A DNA stretch of 64,000 nt, taken from the NCBI GenBank assembly GCA_963666285.1, contig OY762711.1; one strand, written 5' to 3'. The notes beneath the pieces are model-generated. The model ran no database searches and was not told the DNA's origin. It saw only the letters and a list, made by a program, of their open reading frames with translations. Within the stretch, counting starts at the first letter, position 1; every line of letters starts with the position of its first letter. Origin of the DNA: Sedimentisphaerales bacterium (GTDB lineage: Bacteria > Planctomycetota > Phycisphaerae > Sedimentisphaerales > SM23-30). A program made the position numbers and the translations under genes. Below, piece after piece: positions 1 through 10,184 of this stretch.

Positions 1-3000
1 TACAGCATCAGCAAGCCATTCGTTTATGCTGAGATTATATATATTGCCAGTCAAGCGAATGATATTGTCTGTGCCCGGAGTTGGGTAATTAAGGTTCCAG
101 CTTTGGTAAGGTCCAGTTCTTCCGATAGAGCTGCCAGAGATCTGGTTACCAAATGTAATGGAGTCAAGAAGATTGCCCACTGTGTCATACAGGAATACTT
201 CTTCTCCAGAAGCACTGAGATTGAAGCCGAGACTGATTTCACCGTCTACAGGGTTATTATCAGCGTATAGCAGGAGATATTCTCCGGGGGCAATTGCAGC
301 ATTAGAGTCAAAAACATATTTTTCCGGGTCATCTGCACTGTCAGTAATACTCATACCGTTAAGGTTAACGGCAATATTACCGGCATTATACAGTTCGATC
401 CAATCAGAATCGAAAGAATTAGCGTAAATCTCATTGATCAGTATTTTGACCTGTGAACTGTCTACGGTCCAGTTCCAGACGGTAGCCTGTGCCGGAGTTT
501 GCCATAGATTAGCAGAAGTCTTGCCAATTACTTCCAGGGTGTGGTTAGTATCAGAAAGGCCCGTCAGGTTAATGTCTTGTTCCAATGGAAATTCACTGCT
601 CCATGAACCGCCATCTAGACGATACTTGTAATAGGTCATGCCAGGGGCGGCAAGCGTAAATACTGCATCAGACAGATAAGTTTGAGCAAGTGGAGTAGAA
701 GTAAAAATGATACCGCTTGGGATAAAAGCCCCCATATCCAAGCTTTGAAGTCCTGCAGCTATGCCAGGAGAGCCAGGAACAAGATTGAAATCGGCAATAT
801 CCGGATTGGTAAAGACAGGCGTGCTATCTATATTATCATTTCCAAGTACCAGTAAGGCAGTCGGGACTATAGAACGATGGATTTCTGCAGTGGAAGGTCC
901 AATAACTTCCGGCAGAACTGCATAGTTATTATAGAAAATACAGCTGTCAATATAAACGCCTCTGCCAGGTTCAGCCGGAGCTGCACCAAAATATATAGTG
1001 TCAGCTGATGTATTGGCGACGGTATTATTTATAAAGTACAAGAAGGCATCGTCTTTAACCTGAACGGCATGCTGACAATTCATAAATGTATTACGAACCA
1101 TTGTATAGGTCTGACCTCGGCCTGCAGAAACAATATTTGATTCTTGCGGATCGGTGTTGAACTCATCTTTGATATAATTCTTAAACAAGTTGCCTTCAAT
1201 GTAAGCATCGGTTTCAAGGTCAAGGGCATCGTCACCGCCACCCTGGAATATATTGTTAAGAATATGAGGTATAGGAGTTTGCGGCAAAACAGAATCAATA
1301 TCGATAGCGTCATTATGTCCAGGTGTTGTGCCGAAGATATTGTTTTCAATGATAAGATTGCCGCCTTCCGGCACGCCCTGGCCCCAGATATGTTCACTTG
1401 AATTATCTGTTGGGGTTTCACCAGAACGGCAAATGTCATCAAAAACACAGCCACGAATAGTAAGTGAAGAGTTGAGGAACTCAACATGTCGAAGCGGAGT
1501 TTGAGAATCAGTTCCGGTGTATCCGAGCCATGAATTTTCAAGAATGAGGCTGGAATTTACAAGTCCTATCATACCCTCATCAGAGCGGGATTCATCAATA
1601 ACAGTGTTGCTGATGATGTTATCCTCCATTGTGTCAACAAACTGTATACCAGCCCAGGTTCCAGAGTTGGAATAATATTTAGTAAAGAATATTTCTTCCT
1701 GTTCTGTACCTTGAGCTAGCATTTTTCCGTTGATAATCAATTGAGTTCCATCTTCAAATAAAACCGAGACGCCAGGTTCGATTACTAAAGTGAGGCCAAC
1801 CGGTACGGTAATATCATCTGTTACAAGGTAAGGTGAATTTAATGCGGTCCATGTAAGGCTGTCTTTGCGATTATCAGATATTTCCTGATAGGGGAAATAT
1901 CCCATATCCAACCTGGAACCATCCGTGTCAAATAATAATGGATCGCCAGAATCAATGCATTGTGAGGTAACCTGAAGGTTGTAAATATTGTTGTCCGGGT
2001 TGACAAAAAGCGGATCGATGTTTATATTGCCAGTACCAGACCAGTCTTCACCAAACAGACATGAATAGTTAACAGTAACATCAGATTCCAAATATGGAGC
2101 CTGAACGTCAATTGGATCGGTAGCATCTATGATAGAGTTGGTAATATTCCAAATAATAGCTCCTTCGGTTTCGCCCTGTTTATTATGAGATTGGATACCG
2201 TAATCGACAACGCCGTCTGTCTTTGTAGATACCACAGTAGTGCGGTCAACGTCAACTATTGTAGTACTGCCGCTTGTGGCTTTTGCGGCAATACTGGCTA
2301 CTGTCGGGTCTTCCGGCAAGCTGTTGTTGTTGACAACAAGGCATTGTATTATCTGGCTGTGTCCATCATAGACACTAATTCCTTTGTCTTTACAGTCTCT
2401 GACAATGAAATCCTGAATTGTTACATCAGAGCCAAGAGTATCGATTCCATCGTCGTCTATTACGGCAGCGACACCTCCAGCGAGAATGCATTGCTGACCG
2501 GTTTCCTGGGAGTGGATGTAAATGCCGTCAGCGTCATCATTGCCATGCATGTCAATAATCCATGTCCTGGCAAGGTCCAATGAAGTATCGGAAATTTCAC
2601 ACCCCATCCATGATCTTGCCCACAGGCAATCATGGAAAAGCAATTCTGATCCATCGGTGACATTACCGATTTTACCGACGTTGTCGGTGATGTTTGTATA
2701 ATCAAAAGCAACAGTTGACCCAGAGCATCTGAAAGCAGGACCAGTTCCTGAATGACCGACTCCCGGACTATTGCCGGCCTGGGTAATATTCGTGTAGAGG
2801 AATGCAGAAGGTTCAGCATTTTGGAAGTCGAATTCGCCCCAGTTGCTACCGCCGGCATAAGCAGTAAATGTAACAGGTGAGCTTTCGGAACCAAGTGACG
2901 TAATAGAGCCATATACGTCGATATCAAGCCCGCCGGTGCCTGAAGACACACCGTCAATCAGGATGAGCGAACCAGGTTCAATTGTCAAATTAAGTCCGTC

Positions 3001-6000
3001 AGGTACATAGAAATCGCTGCCGGAAATGTGGTATATACCATTCCAGGTTTCATCTGCTGTTATAGGTGAAGTTACCATATTAACAGGTTCGTTCTGGAGG
3101 TCAGTAAGAGTTTTGGTGATCTGGTTGCCAATGACATCAACTGTCAGGTTAAAATCACCGGAACCGTTAAATGTTACCAGGGCAGAACCCATTCCGTTAT
3201 ATAATTTGATATTATTGACATCAAGAGATACGTCAGGGTTGTCAACAGAAAGAGTTGCCTGCATGTCCCATATATCCCTTTTAATATTATCGTTCTGATC
3301 TCTCAATTCAACACGAACCAATACCGGAACAGAAGGCAGATAGCTGTCCCTGACGATAGCGTGGACTGTTCCAATATCATCGAGGTCACCAATTAGAGAA
3401 CCAGAAACATTAGTTGTATTTCCAGTATCATTGAAAATATCAATGTGTTTACTGTCGATTTCATTTCCAGTTCCGTTAGGCCCGTCAAAAGCCTTAACAT
3501 CAATACGATTCATGCCGGGTTTCAGGTCAGATGTATTGTCTGAAACAGCGACATAACCTACCAGTTCGAGGTCAAAACCGATATCAGAACTTGTCAGGCT
3601 GACCTGATGGACCTCTGCAGCAATTACATTGGTACCGGATAAAAGTAAGGATGGATCAACATCTTCTTCGAAGAAGGTTGTTTCATCGTCACCGCCAACA
3701 GCGGGACTTTGAGCGAATGTGGAATAAGTAAATCCTTCCGGGAGTTTGTGTAATAGAATACGAGTTCCATTGAGGAATACGGCCGCACCATCGTCACGAT
3801 TGAGCAAAACTTTAAGTTGAGCGTATTTTGAAGCATCATCAACTTCGAAAGTCTTTCGGAAATAAGTAGTAGTATATTTATTAGATGAACTTGGACCATA
3901 ACTAACAGTTGTTGTTTCGTTATTGTCGCCATAACCAAACTTTGCCTGCGATTCCGGTTTGAAGCCGGAGTCGTCAAAGTCTGGATGGCCGTACCAGTTA
4001 ATGCCATCAGAAATAGTTTTCTGGTCAGAGCCATCATCAAGATATTTCCAGTAAGAATGGCGAGGAATGATCAATTCAGTATAAGTTGCACCGCTTACGT
4101 GCGACCATGTACCGTTCACCTGGTCCCAGTTTGCGTTGAGTACAGGAGTGCCGTTAACAGTTATTGAGCGAGTGGTTGCGCAGTCAAAACCACCGGATAG
4201 GCTATATGAGCTTGTTGTGCTGTAATTATTGCCGGAAACTGTAAATGAGGTGGCTGGGACCTGCGGGTCGGTACCGTACAGCACATTATCAGCCCTGTCG
4301 TTTAGAAATGCCTTTATGCCGGAACTGCCATTTATTAGACTATCAGGTGCCCAGTCAGTTAAGATTTCGTCAATAACAGGATAGATGTTTTCAGGTGCCA
4401 ATACTGTTGTAGACAGCTCATTCAGCTGCTGATAATATAAAAACATGAAGTCCGGATGGTAGAAGAGGCGTTGCAGACCTGAGACGCCGCCAAAGCCGAA
4501 TATTGAACTGCCGACACTGGAAGAATAAGAGCTGCTTCCCTGGCCGAACAGTGTGTCAAGGTCGTGAGAGACCAGGATGAAACGAGGGTCGTTAACGCCA
4601 CGGTATAAGGCGTAATCATCACCAGTTCCAGAATATAGCCCGCCTTCCCGGTTGCCAATTAATGTATCAGTAGCCAAATACCTGGCCCATTGCTCAATAT
4701 TGACGACTTTAGCGACTTCCGAAATGAAATCATCGTCTGATAATTCCTGGTTATTCAAGGTATAAGTAAGAGCAAACAGGTCGGTCCAGTCGTCCTCTTC
4801 TTCGTTTGTTTTTTTAATGTAGTTGTCGCTGTAAGCAGCCGGGTCTTCACCATGATAGGATAAATCAGCATAAGTGCGAGGGCTGACCAGGTCATAATAA
4901 GAACAACGGTAGAAGTTTCCATCGCTATCGTCAGGAATATGTTTTTTGAGATAATCACTATTATATGATTCCAGAGCAGCATAAGAACCATATGTTCTGG
5001 CAGTGTCTGTTGCGGCCAGATTTTCTCCGTTAACTCTCAATTGAACAGCTTTGGCCTCAGATGAAGGAACACCAGCCAGTCTGAATACTGCAGAGCCAAG
5101 AACCTGGAGATGGGTATATTTGCTATTCAGATTTAATGCGACCATGTCTTTCCATGGTTTGTCATGAACGAAATTTACATGGAAATTCATAGGTGGGTTA
5201 TATCGGCTGCCGTTACCCCTGTTTCTGACACCAACATTGTATCTGAGGTTCATACCAGTGCCGTCGACAGAGATAAAGGTAGCGTTCATTTCGGCATCAG
5301 ACCTGAACTCATCATCAGTATATACATCACTACCTATATCAGTAAGATGCTCTTTTTCGCCATTTGTCATAATAATACGATAAATTGGCTGGTCGCCAGG
5401 AGTCCATATGCTTGACGAATCGAAAGTATCGTCAACCTGGTAGAGTAGATCGGCTACCTGTTGTTTTACCCCATCTACATCACAAGCGGCAGGGTAAGTG
5501 CAGCTGCCGTTAGTATTTGATGCAATAATGAAGAACTCGACAATTGTATTATTGGCTTGTGGAGGAATAGAAGCTGTGAAAATACCGTTACCGCTATCAG
5601 TCATTTGAACAAATGTGTAGCTTGATTCATTGTAAGCAGGGTAGGTATCGTCTACATAGACAGACTGGTCGATACGCCATGCCAGTTGGGCGGCAGCCTG
5701 CGAGGCGTTGTTGTTGTTTATTGTAGCAGTTACTACAACCTGTTGATCGGATTGAGGTATAGCAGGTTCATGTATTACATCAGAAACAACAGGAAGGAAA
5801 GTGCTTGAAAGTGAAGAATTTACTGTTCCCGGGGTACCGTTATTATTTAAGCTAGCAGTCCAGTTCTGACCAAATTCGTTATTTAATTCAGGGTTAGTAA
5901 GTTCGAGAGATTTTCCGTCACCATCGTGTGCCTGGCTCCATTGCCATCCGCGATGAGTATAGTCATAAGGACCGAGAATTCTTTCCGACCAAACGCCCTG

Positions 6001-7086
6001 GTCAGAGTATTCGACAGTGTCGCCAAGCAATCCCTGATTGTTAACAAGTGTTATTTTGTCAGATCTGTTGTGCAGTGAACCAGCCCAGCCGCCAATAACC
6101 TGTGAAGTTACAGATGGGTAGGTAATTCTGAATTGAGCCATATCTGCTGCAATAACAACATATCCATTCGCTCCAATAGATATATTTGGGAAGACAAAGT
6201 CTATACCTTTCGAGAAGCTCCAATCCTTAAGATTTACAGTCTGAGATGATTTATTATAAATTTCTATATATTCATCCAGATTGTTTTCAGAAGAAGGGTG
6301 GTACATAATTTCATTGATGACTATAAAATCATCTACAGTAATTCCGCCATTTGGACTGCCAGGTGTGGGCTTGCCATCAGGTTCAGTAGAAACAAGTTGG
6401 AAAGATTGCCAATTGTCAGCCCCGTCCGGCAGTCGACCTATAGACATATCGTTGCCCTGGCTTTCAGTGGGAAGTCCATCAATCATTACGGCAGTGCCGT
6501 CATTGTCCTTGTAATAAATACCTATGAACTCGCCGCCATTATTACTAAGCTTGAAGCTTGAATGCAGCGGACCTTGCGAAAGGTCATCATCGGCCCAGAT
6601 TGTAAGGTGTCCACCAGATGGTATTGTCGTTTCAGCAGGATGGCCAGTCGGCACCATCCATAATAGCGGATCAGCCTGATGGTCAGACATATATAGTCCC
6701 GCGATATCAATCGGGTTAGGACCGTAGTTGTATATTTCTATCCAGTCAGGATAAGAGCCCGGTTCATCAGGATCTTCGATGGTATTTTCATTGTCAGACA
6801 TATATTCATTTATTACCAGCGGATACCCGAATTTTTGCCATTCGTAGGAAAGAACTGCAAAGTCGGCGATGTTAACGATGTCAGTGCCGGTAATGTCGGG
6901 GCATCCTGGGCCAGAACAGTCCGGGGAATTGAGCCATTGGTTTGACAATATAATCATGTCTGCTAAATCGACAATGCAGTCGCCGTTCAGGTCGCTATCC
7001 GGGCAGTTGCCGGCAGAAGCGACAGGAACAAAGATACATAATGCTGTAATGATATGGAATTTGATAATTCGGGCAAAATATGTCAT
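1..7086 (-). CDS. Giant secreted multidomain protein (>2362 aa, 3' end outside window): N-terminal dockerin-like pair, lamin-tail domains, CotH-kinase domain, right-handed beta-helix repeats
   Basis: Absent from the ORF track, consistent with no stop inside the window. ATG at 7086-7084 with GGAG RBS (ctcc 7093-7096). Manual translation starts MTYFARIIKFHIITALCIFVPVASAGNCPDSDLNGDCIVDLADMIILSNQWL and contains VINEYMSDN..PDWIEIYN, VINEIMYHPS..EYIEIYN (lamin tail), VGVRNRGNGSR and LVSHDLD (CotH-like), DDDGID/GDDALD beta-helix repeats. The same frame is open at base 1 (..LSINEWLADAV). Confidence 0.9.
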   Translation of the reverse strand, partial: MTYFARIIKFHIITALCIFVPVASAGNCPDSDLNGDCIVDLADMIILSNQWLNSPDCSGPGCPDITGTDIVNIADFAVLSYEWQKFGYPLVINEYMSDNENTIEDPDEPGSYPDWIEIYNYGPNPIDIAGLYMSDHQADPLLWMVPTGHPAETTIPSGGHLTIWADDDLSQGPLHSSFKLSNNGGEFIGIYYKDNDGTAVMIDGLPTESQGNDMSIGRLPDGADNWQSFQLVSTEPDGKPTPGSPNGGITVDDFIVINEIMYHPSSENNLDEYIEIYNKSSQTVNLKDWSFSKGIDFVFPNISIGANGYVVIAADMAQFRITYPSVTSQVIGGWAGSLHNRSDKITLVNNQGLLGDTVEYSDQGVWSERILGPYDYTHRGWQWSQAHDGDGKSLELTNPELNNEFGQNWTASLNNNGTPGTVNSSLSSTFLPVVSDVIHEPAIPQSDQQVVVTATINNNNASQAAAQLAWRIDQSVYVDDTYPAYNESSYTFVQMTDSGNGIFTASIPPQANNTIVEFFIIASNTNGSCTYPAACDVDGVKQQVADLLYQVDDTFDSSSIWTPGDQPIYRIIMTNGEKEHLTDIGSDVYTDDEFRSDAEMNATFISVDGTGMNLRYNVGVRNRGNGSRYNPPMNFHVNFVHDKPWKDMVALNLNSKYTHLQVLGSAVFRLAGVPSSEAKAVQLRVNGENLAATDTARTYGSYAALESYNSDYLKKHIPDDSDGNFYRCSYYDLVSPRTYADLSYHGEDPAAYSDNYIKKTNEEEDDWTDLFALTYTLNNQELSDDDFISEVAKVVNIEQWARYLATDTLIGNREGGLYSGTGDDYALYRGVNDPRFILVSHDLDTLFGQGSSSYSSSVGSSIFGFGGVSGLQRLFYHPDFMFLYYQQLNELSTTVLAPENIYPVIDEILTDWAPDSLINGSSGIKAFLNDRADNVLYGTDPQVPATSFTVSGNNYSTTSSYSLSGGFDCATTRSITVNGTPVLNANWDQVNGTWSHVSGATYTELIIPRHSYWKYLDDGSDQKTISDGINWYGHPDFDDSGFKPESQAKFGYGDNNETTTVSYGPSSSNKYTTTYFRKTFEVDDASKYAQLKVLLNRDDGAAVFLNGTRILLHKLPEGFTYSTFAQSPAVGGDDETTFFEEDVDPSLLLSGTNVIAAEVHQVSLTSSDIGFDLELVGYVAVSDNTSDLKPGMNRIDVKAFDGPNGTGNEIDSKHIDIFNDTGNTTNVSGSLIGDLDDIGTVHAIVRDSYLPSVPVLVRVELRDQNDNIKRDIWDMQATLSVDNPDVSLDVNNIKLYNGMGSALVTFNGSGDFNLTVDVIGNQITKTLTDLQNEPVNMVTSPITADETWNGIYHISGSDFYVPDGLNLTIEPGSLILIDGVSSGTGGLDIDVYGSITSLGSESSPVTFTAYAGGSNWGEFDFQNAEPSAFLYTNITQAGNSPGVGHSGTGPAFRCSGSTVAFDYTNITDNVGKIGNVTDGSELLFHDCLWARSWMGCEISDTSLDLARTWIIDMHGNDDADGIYIHSQETGQQCILAGGVAAVIDDDGIDTLGSDVTIQDFIVRDCKDKGISVYDGHSQIIQCLVVNNNSLPEDPTVASIAAKATSGSTTIVDVDRTTVVSTKTDGVVDYGIQSHNKQGETEGAIIWNITNSIIDATDPIDVQAPYLESDVTVNYSCLFGEDWSGTGNINIDPLFVNPDNNIYNLQVTSQCIDSGDPLLFDTDGSRLDMGYFPYQEISDNRKDSLTWTALNSPYLVTDDITVPVGLTLVIEPGVSVLFEDGTQLIINGKMLAQGTEQEEIFFTKYYSNSGTWAGIQFVDTMEDNIISNTVIDESRSDEGMIGLVNSSLILENSWLGYTGTDSQTPLRHVEFLNSSLTIRGCVFDDICRSGETPTDNSSEHIWGQGVPEGGNLIIENNIFGTTPGHNDAIDIDSVLPQTPIPHILNNIFQGGGDDALDLETDAYIEGNLFKNYIKDEFNTDPQESNIVSAGRGQTYTMVRNTFMNCQHAVQVKDDAFLYFINNTVANTSADTIYFGAAPAEPGRGVYIDSCIFYNNYAVLPEVIGPSTAEIHRSIVPTALLVLGNDNIDSTPVFTNPDIADFNLVPGSPGIAAGLQSLDMGAFIPSGIIFTSTPLAQTYLSDAVFTLAAPGMTYYKYRLDGGSWSSEFPLEQDINLTGLSDTNHTLEVIGKTSANLWQTPAQATVWNWTVDSSQVKILINEIYANSFDSDWIELYNAGNIAVNLNGMSITDSADDPEKYVFDSNAAIAPGEYLLLYADNNPVDGEISLGFNLSASGEEVFLYDTVGNLLDSITFGNQISGSSIGRTGPYQSWNLNYPTPGTDNIIRLTGNIYNLSINEWLADAV

Positions 7087-7654
7087 AAGATTCTCCAGTG
7101 ATATACGATATAAGTTGTTGTGGTAAATGAGTTTAGTGACTAAAGGGTTATTCCTTACGGATTATGTCCTTTGCGTTCTAAAAAAATCGAAAAAAAGAAA
7201 TTAAATGTGATAAATCATTTAATGACAGAAACTTATTTTCTCAAACTCTTTCCAAGATAAAATACAAAAATAATAGTTACCTACTTTTCATTATATATTA
7301 TGCCAAAATCGGAGATCAAAACAAAGCGAAATGTTTTTTTTTGACCGGCGCAGGTGTGGCGTGTAACTCATTTGTATACAGGGCTTTATGTATGAGAGCT
7401 TTTTGCGGCTTATGTGGTTAACAGAAAATATTAGATATATATTAATTCTGTATTATAAGCGGGTTAGATTTTGGCGACTAGAGTGAAAAAAATGGCACAT
7501 CGGTTTTTTTGCGACAGTTGGCAATGTACTGTGTAATTTTTGATGATAGAAAAATTAAACACAAAATTAATAATGTGTAAATAATTATTGTCCTAATTAT
7601 CTAATGAGTGCAGATATATATGATAGAAAAATAAATCTTAAAACTTAACAACTT

Positions 7655-8176
7655 ATGAATAATGCTCCAACAAATGAATTTTTGAACCTGTTTTTGACTA
7701 ACCAGTCCCGGATCTATACATTTATCCTGGGGCAGCTGGGAAATTATCATGATGCAGATGATGTCATGCAGGAGACGACCAGTCTGTTGTGGCAGAAATT
7801 CGATGAATTTGAGCCGGGCACAGATTTTCTAGCATGGAGTCTTAAAGTTGCTAAATATAAAGTCCTCAATTTCCTTCAGAAAAAGCGGAGGTTAAATGCC
7901 AGAGTTATTTTTGATGATGATGTTCTGGAATTACTAACCCCGCGAATAGATAAGATTAATGACAATTTAGAAAAAAATATCGATATTGTCAGGGAATGTA
8001 TGGGAAAGTTAACCGATCGCGACCTTAAGTTTGCCAAGTTAAGATATTACAGTAATATAAAACCAAAAGATTTATCTCAGCGTTTTGGCATCAATATTCA
8101 GAATACCTATAAGAGATTGGCACGCATTCATGCCAGATTGCTAAAATGTGTGAGACATAATATTCAAATAAGTTAA
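7655..8176 (+). CDS. ECF RNA polymerase sigma-70 factor (planctomycete/verrucomicrobial type)
   Basis: 173 aa; DADDVMQET..LWQKFDEFEPGTDFLAWS region-2 motif and C-terminal region-4 HTH (YKRLARIHARLLKCV); followed 3 nt later by a FecR-like gene. Confidence 0.92.
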   Translation: MNNAPTNEFLNLFLTNQSRIYTFILGQLGNYHDADDVMQETTSLLWQKFDEFEPGTDFLAWSLKVAKYKVLNFLQKKRRLNARVIFDDDVLELLTPRIDKINDNLEKNIDIVRECMGKLTDRDLKFAKLRYYSNIKPKDLSQRFGINIQNTYKRLARIHARLLKCVRHNIQIS

Positions 8177-8179
8177 TTT

Positions 8180-9904
8180 ATGGATAGCAAATTACAACAA
8201 TATATAGACGAGCTTTTAGTGATAGCTTTAGAGGGGCATGCAGATGAACAGCAGCTGGATGAGCTTAATCATTTGATAAGAACAAATCCTGAAGCACAAG
8301 AATATTGCAGTTATTATTTAGCTTTGTCATCCAAGCTACACCTGTCAGATAAGCTGGCATTGCCTTTTGTCAGTCAGGACATAAATGAATATAAAGAATA
8401 TTTACAATCGTTAAAAGAATTGGAGCAATTGGAGAATTCGGCACCTGAAGTAATAATAGAGAATACACTCCAGGCAGAAAGTCAAAAAGAAATAAAGGAG
8501 CCTCGTTTTAATGTATCCAATAGATTCGCCAAGGTATTTAACAGAGTTGTTGCAGCCGCAGCATTGATATTTATCGTATTTATAATATATGCAAACGTAT
8601 TTCCACCGCAATACTCCGTTCAAGTTGCAACTGTATTGGATCAGATAGATGTTAATTGGAGTAAAGGATCAGCCAGATTAGAAAATAATGATACTCTCTT
8701 ATCTAACCAGGCTCCTTATTGTATTGAAAGGGGTACAATTAAGATAGCATATAACCAGGGTGTTGATGTTGTAATAGAAGGTCCGGCAAAGTTCGAGTTT
8801 GAGCGGGCGGGTATTTTTCTGGAGTATGGTCGTTTGTACTCTCTGGTTTCAAAAAGCGGTAGGGGTTTTACTATAAATTCACCTTATGCTCGATATGTAG
8901 ATCTGGGTACTGAATTTGGAGTTGAGGTTGATAGTTCCGGTATATCTGAGCTGCACGTACTAAAAGGAAAAGTACAGTTGTATGCCGGGTTGGATGACGA
9001 AGAAAAGGAAAGCCGAACCGTACCGGAAGGTGCAGCAATCAGATTTGATGCCAATAACGGAAGGTTAGATAATATTGTTATTAATAAAAATGCATTTGCC
9101 AGAGAATTAGATTCAAATTCAGGAGTTATCTGGCGAGGTCAAAATTATATTGATTTAGCAGATATAATTGGGGGAGGAAACGGTTATGGTAATGGTAAAA
9201 TCCAGAATGCGATAGATCCATTGACAGGGAAAATGAGAACATGGGAGCTGACATCTGAAAATACCGGGAATCATAATTACAATCTTGTTAACCAGAGTAA
9301 GTATATAGACGGCGTATTTGTGCCAGATGGAAGCGATGGCCCGGTTAAAGTAACATCTATGGATAATACCTGGGATTGCCCGGCAACATCAAATGCGTTT
9401 AAGTATCCTGTTGTTAATTCACTTCAAATACCAAATGATTTAAGTCAGTTTGAGTTTTATACAGGAGATGCTCCCAAAGAAGATATAATCCTGGAAAAAG
9501 CTTTGAAAACCAGTGCCGTTCGGTCGATGAGTATAAAAAGTCCAGATTACCGGTACAATGTCGATGATAAAAACATATTTATGCATTCAAATCTTGGTAT
9601 AACTTTCAACCTGTGGGAAATTAGAAAAACATTACCCGATGGAAACAGAGTTAAACGATTTAAGAGTGTATTTGGCTTAAGTGAAATTGCGTTAGATACC
9701 AAAAGCCTGGATGTCTGGGTGTTAATTGATGGTAATCCTGTATGTGTAAAAAAAGATCTGGATAGCAGCATGTCAATTGATATAGATATAGAATTAGCCG
9801 ACGATAGTGACTTTTTGACTTTGGCGGTTACTGAGGGCAGTGATCAGTTCAAGCATTATAATGATTGGGGAGTATTTATAAATCCAAGGCTAATTATTGA
9901 GTAG
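8180..9904 (+). CDS. FecR-domain anti-sigma factor with C-terminal NPCBM/NEW2-like sensory domain
   Basis: N-terminal helical anti-sigma region, one TM helix (VVAAAALIFIVFIIY), FecR motif VIEGPA..GF..VDLGTEFGV..LHVLKGKV, C-terminal MHSNLGITF..FLTLAVTEG..DWGVFINPRL. Confidence 0.85.
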   Translation: MDSKLQQYIDELLVIALEGHADEQQLDELNHLIRTNPEAQEYCSYYLALSSKLHLSDKLALPFVSQDINEYKEYLQSLKELEQLENSAPEVIIENTLQAESQKEIKEPRFNVSNRFAKVFNRVVAAAALIFIVFIIYANVFPPQYSVQVATVLDQIDVNWSKGSARLENNDTLLSNQAPYCIERGTIKIAYNQGVDVVIEGPAKFEFERAGIFLEYGRLYSLVSKSGRGFTINSPYARYVDLGTEFGVEVDSSGISELHVLKGKVQLYAGLDDEEKESRTVPEGAAIRFDANNGRLDNIVINKNAFARELDSNSGVIWRGQNYIDLADIIGGGNGYGNGKIQNAIDPLTGKMRTWELTSENTGNHNYNLVNQSKYIDGVFVPDGSDGPVKVTSMDNTWDCPATSNAFKYPVVNSLQIPNDLSQFEFYTGDAPKEDIILEKALKTSAVRSMSIKSPDYRYNVDDKNIFMHSNLGITFNLWEIRKTLPDGNRVKRFKSVFGLSEIALDTKSLDVWVLIDGNPVCVKKDLDSSMSIDIDIELADDSDFLTLAVTEGSDQFKHYNDWGVFINPRLIIE

Positions 9905-10184
9905 CAAAATAGCAAGAAGTGATAAGAGAATCAATTCTTCTTTTTAATTGTTTTGATAGTGGATATCTTTTCATATAAATGATCATTCATGTTTATGAGT
10001 ATCCTGTTTAGTTGTATTTAATGCTTTCCTACTTTCATAAATGAAAAGTAAGGCTGAAATGTCAGCTTTAATGTTCTATTGCTGGCATGCCAAGGATATT
10101 TTACCGAGTAAGTGTATAATTCTTATTTCTATTTTTGAAATAGGCTGTAATCTTTATAATATTTTTTTGGGAGGTAATGAAACT

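Noticed and set aside
51..7126. Many short ORFs listed in the first 7 kb
   Set aside because: All overlap the single long minus-strand frame 7086->1 and are shadows of it.
7543..7632. 13-bp direct repeat ATGATAGAAAAAT upstream of the ECF sigma gene
   Set aside because: Only two copies in very AT-rich DNA; cannot be distinguished from chance by eye.
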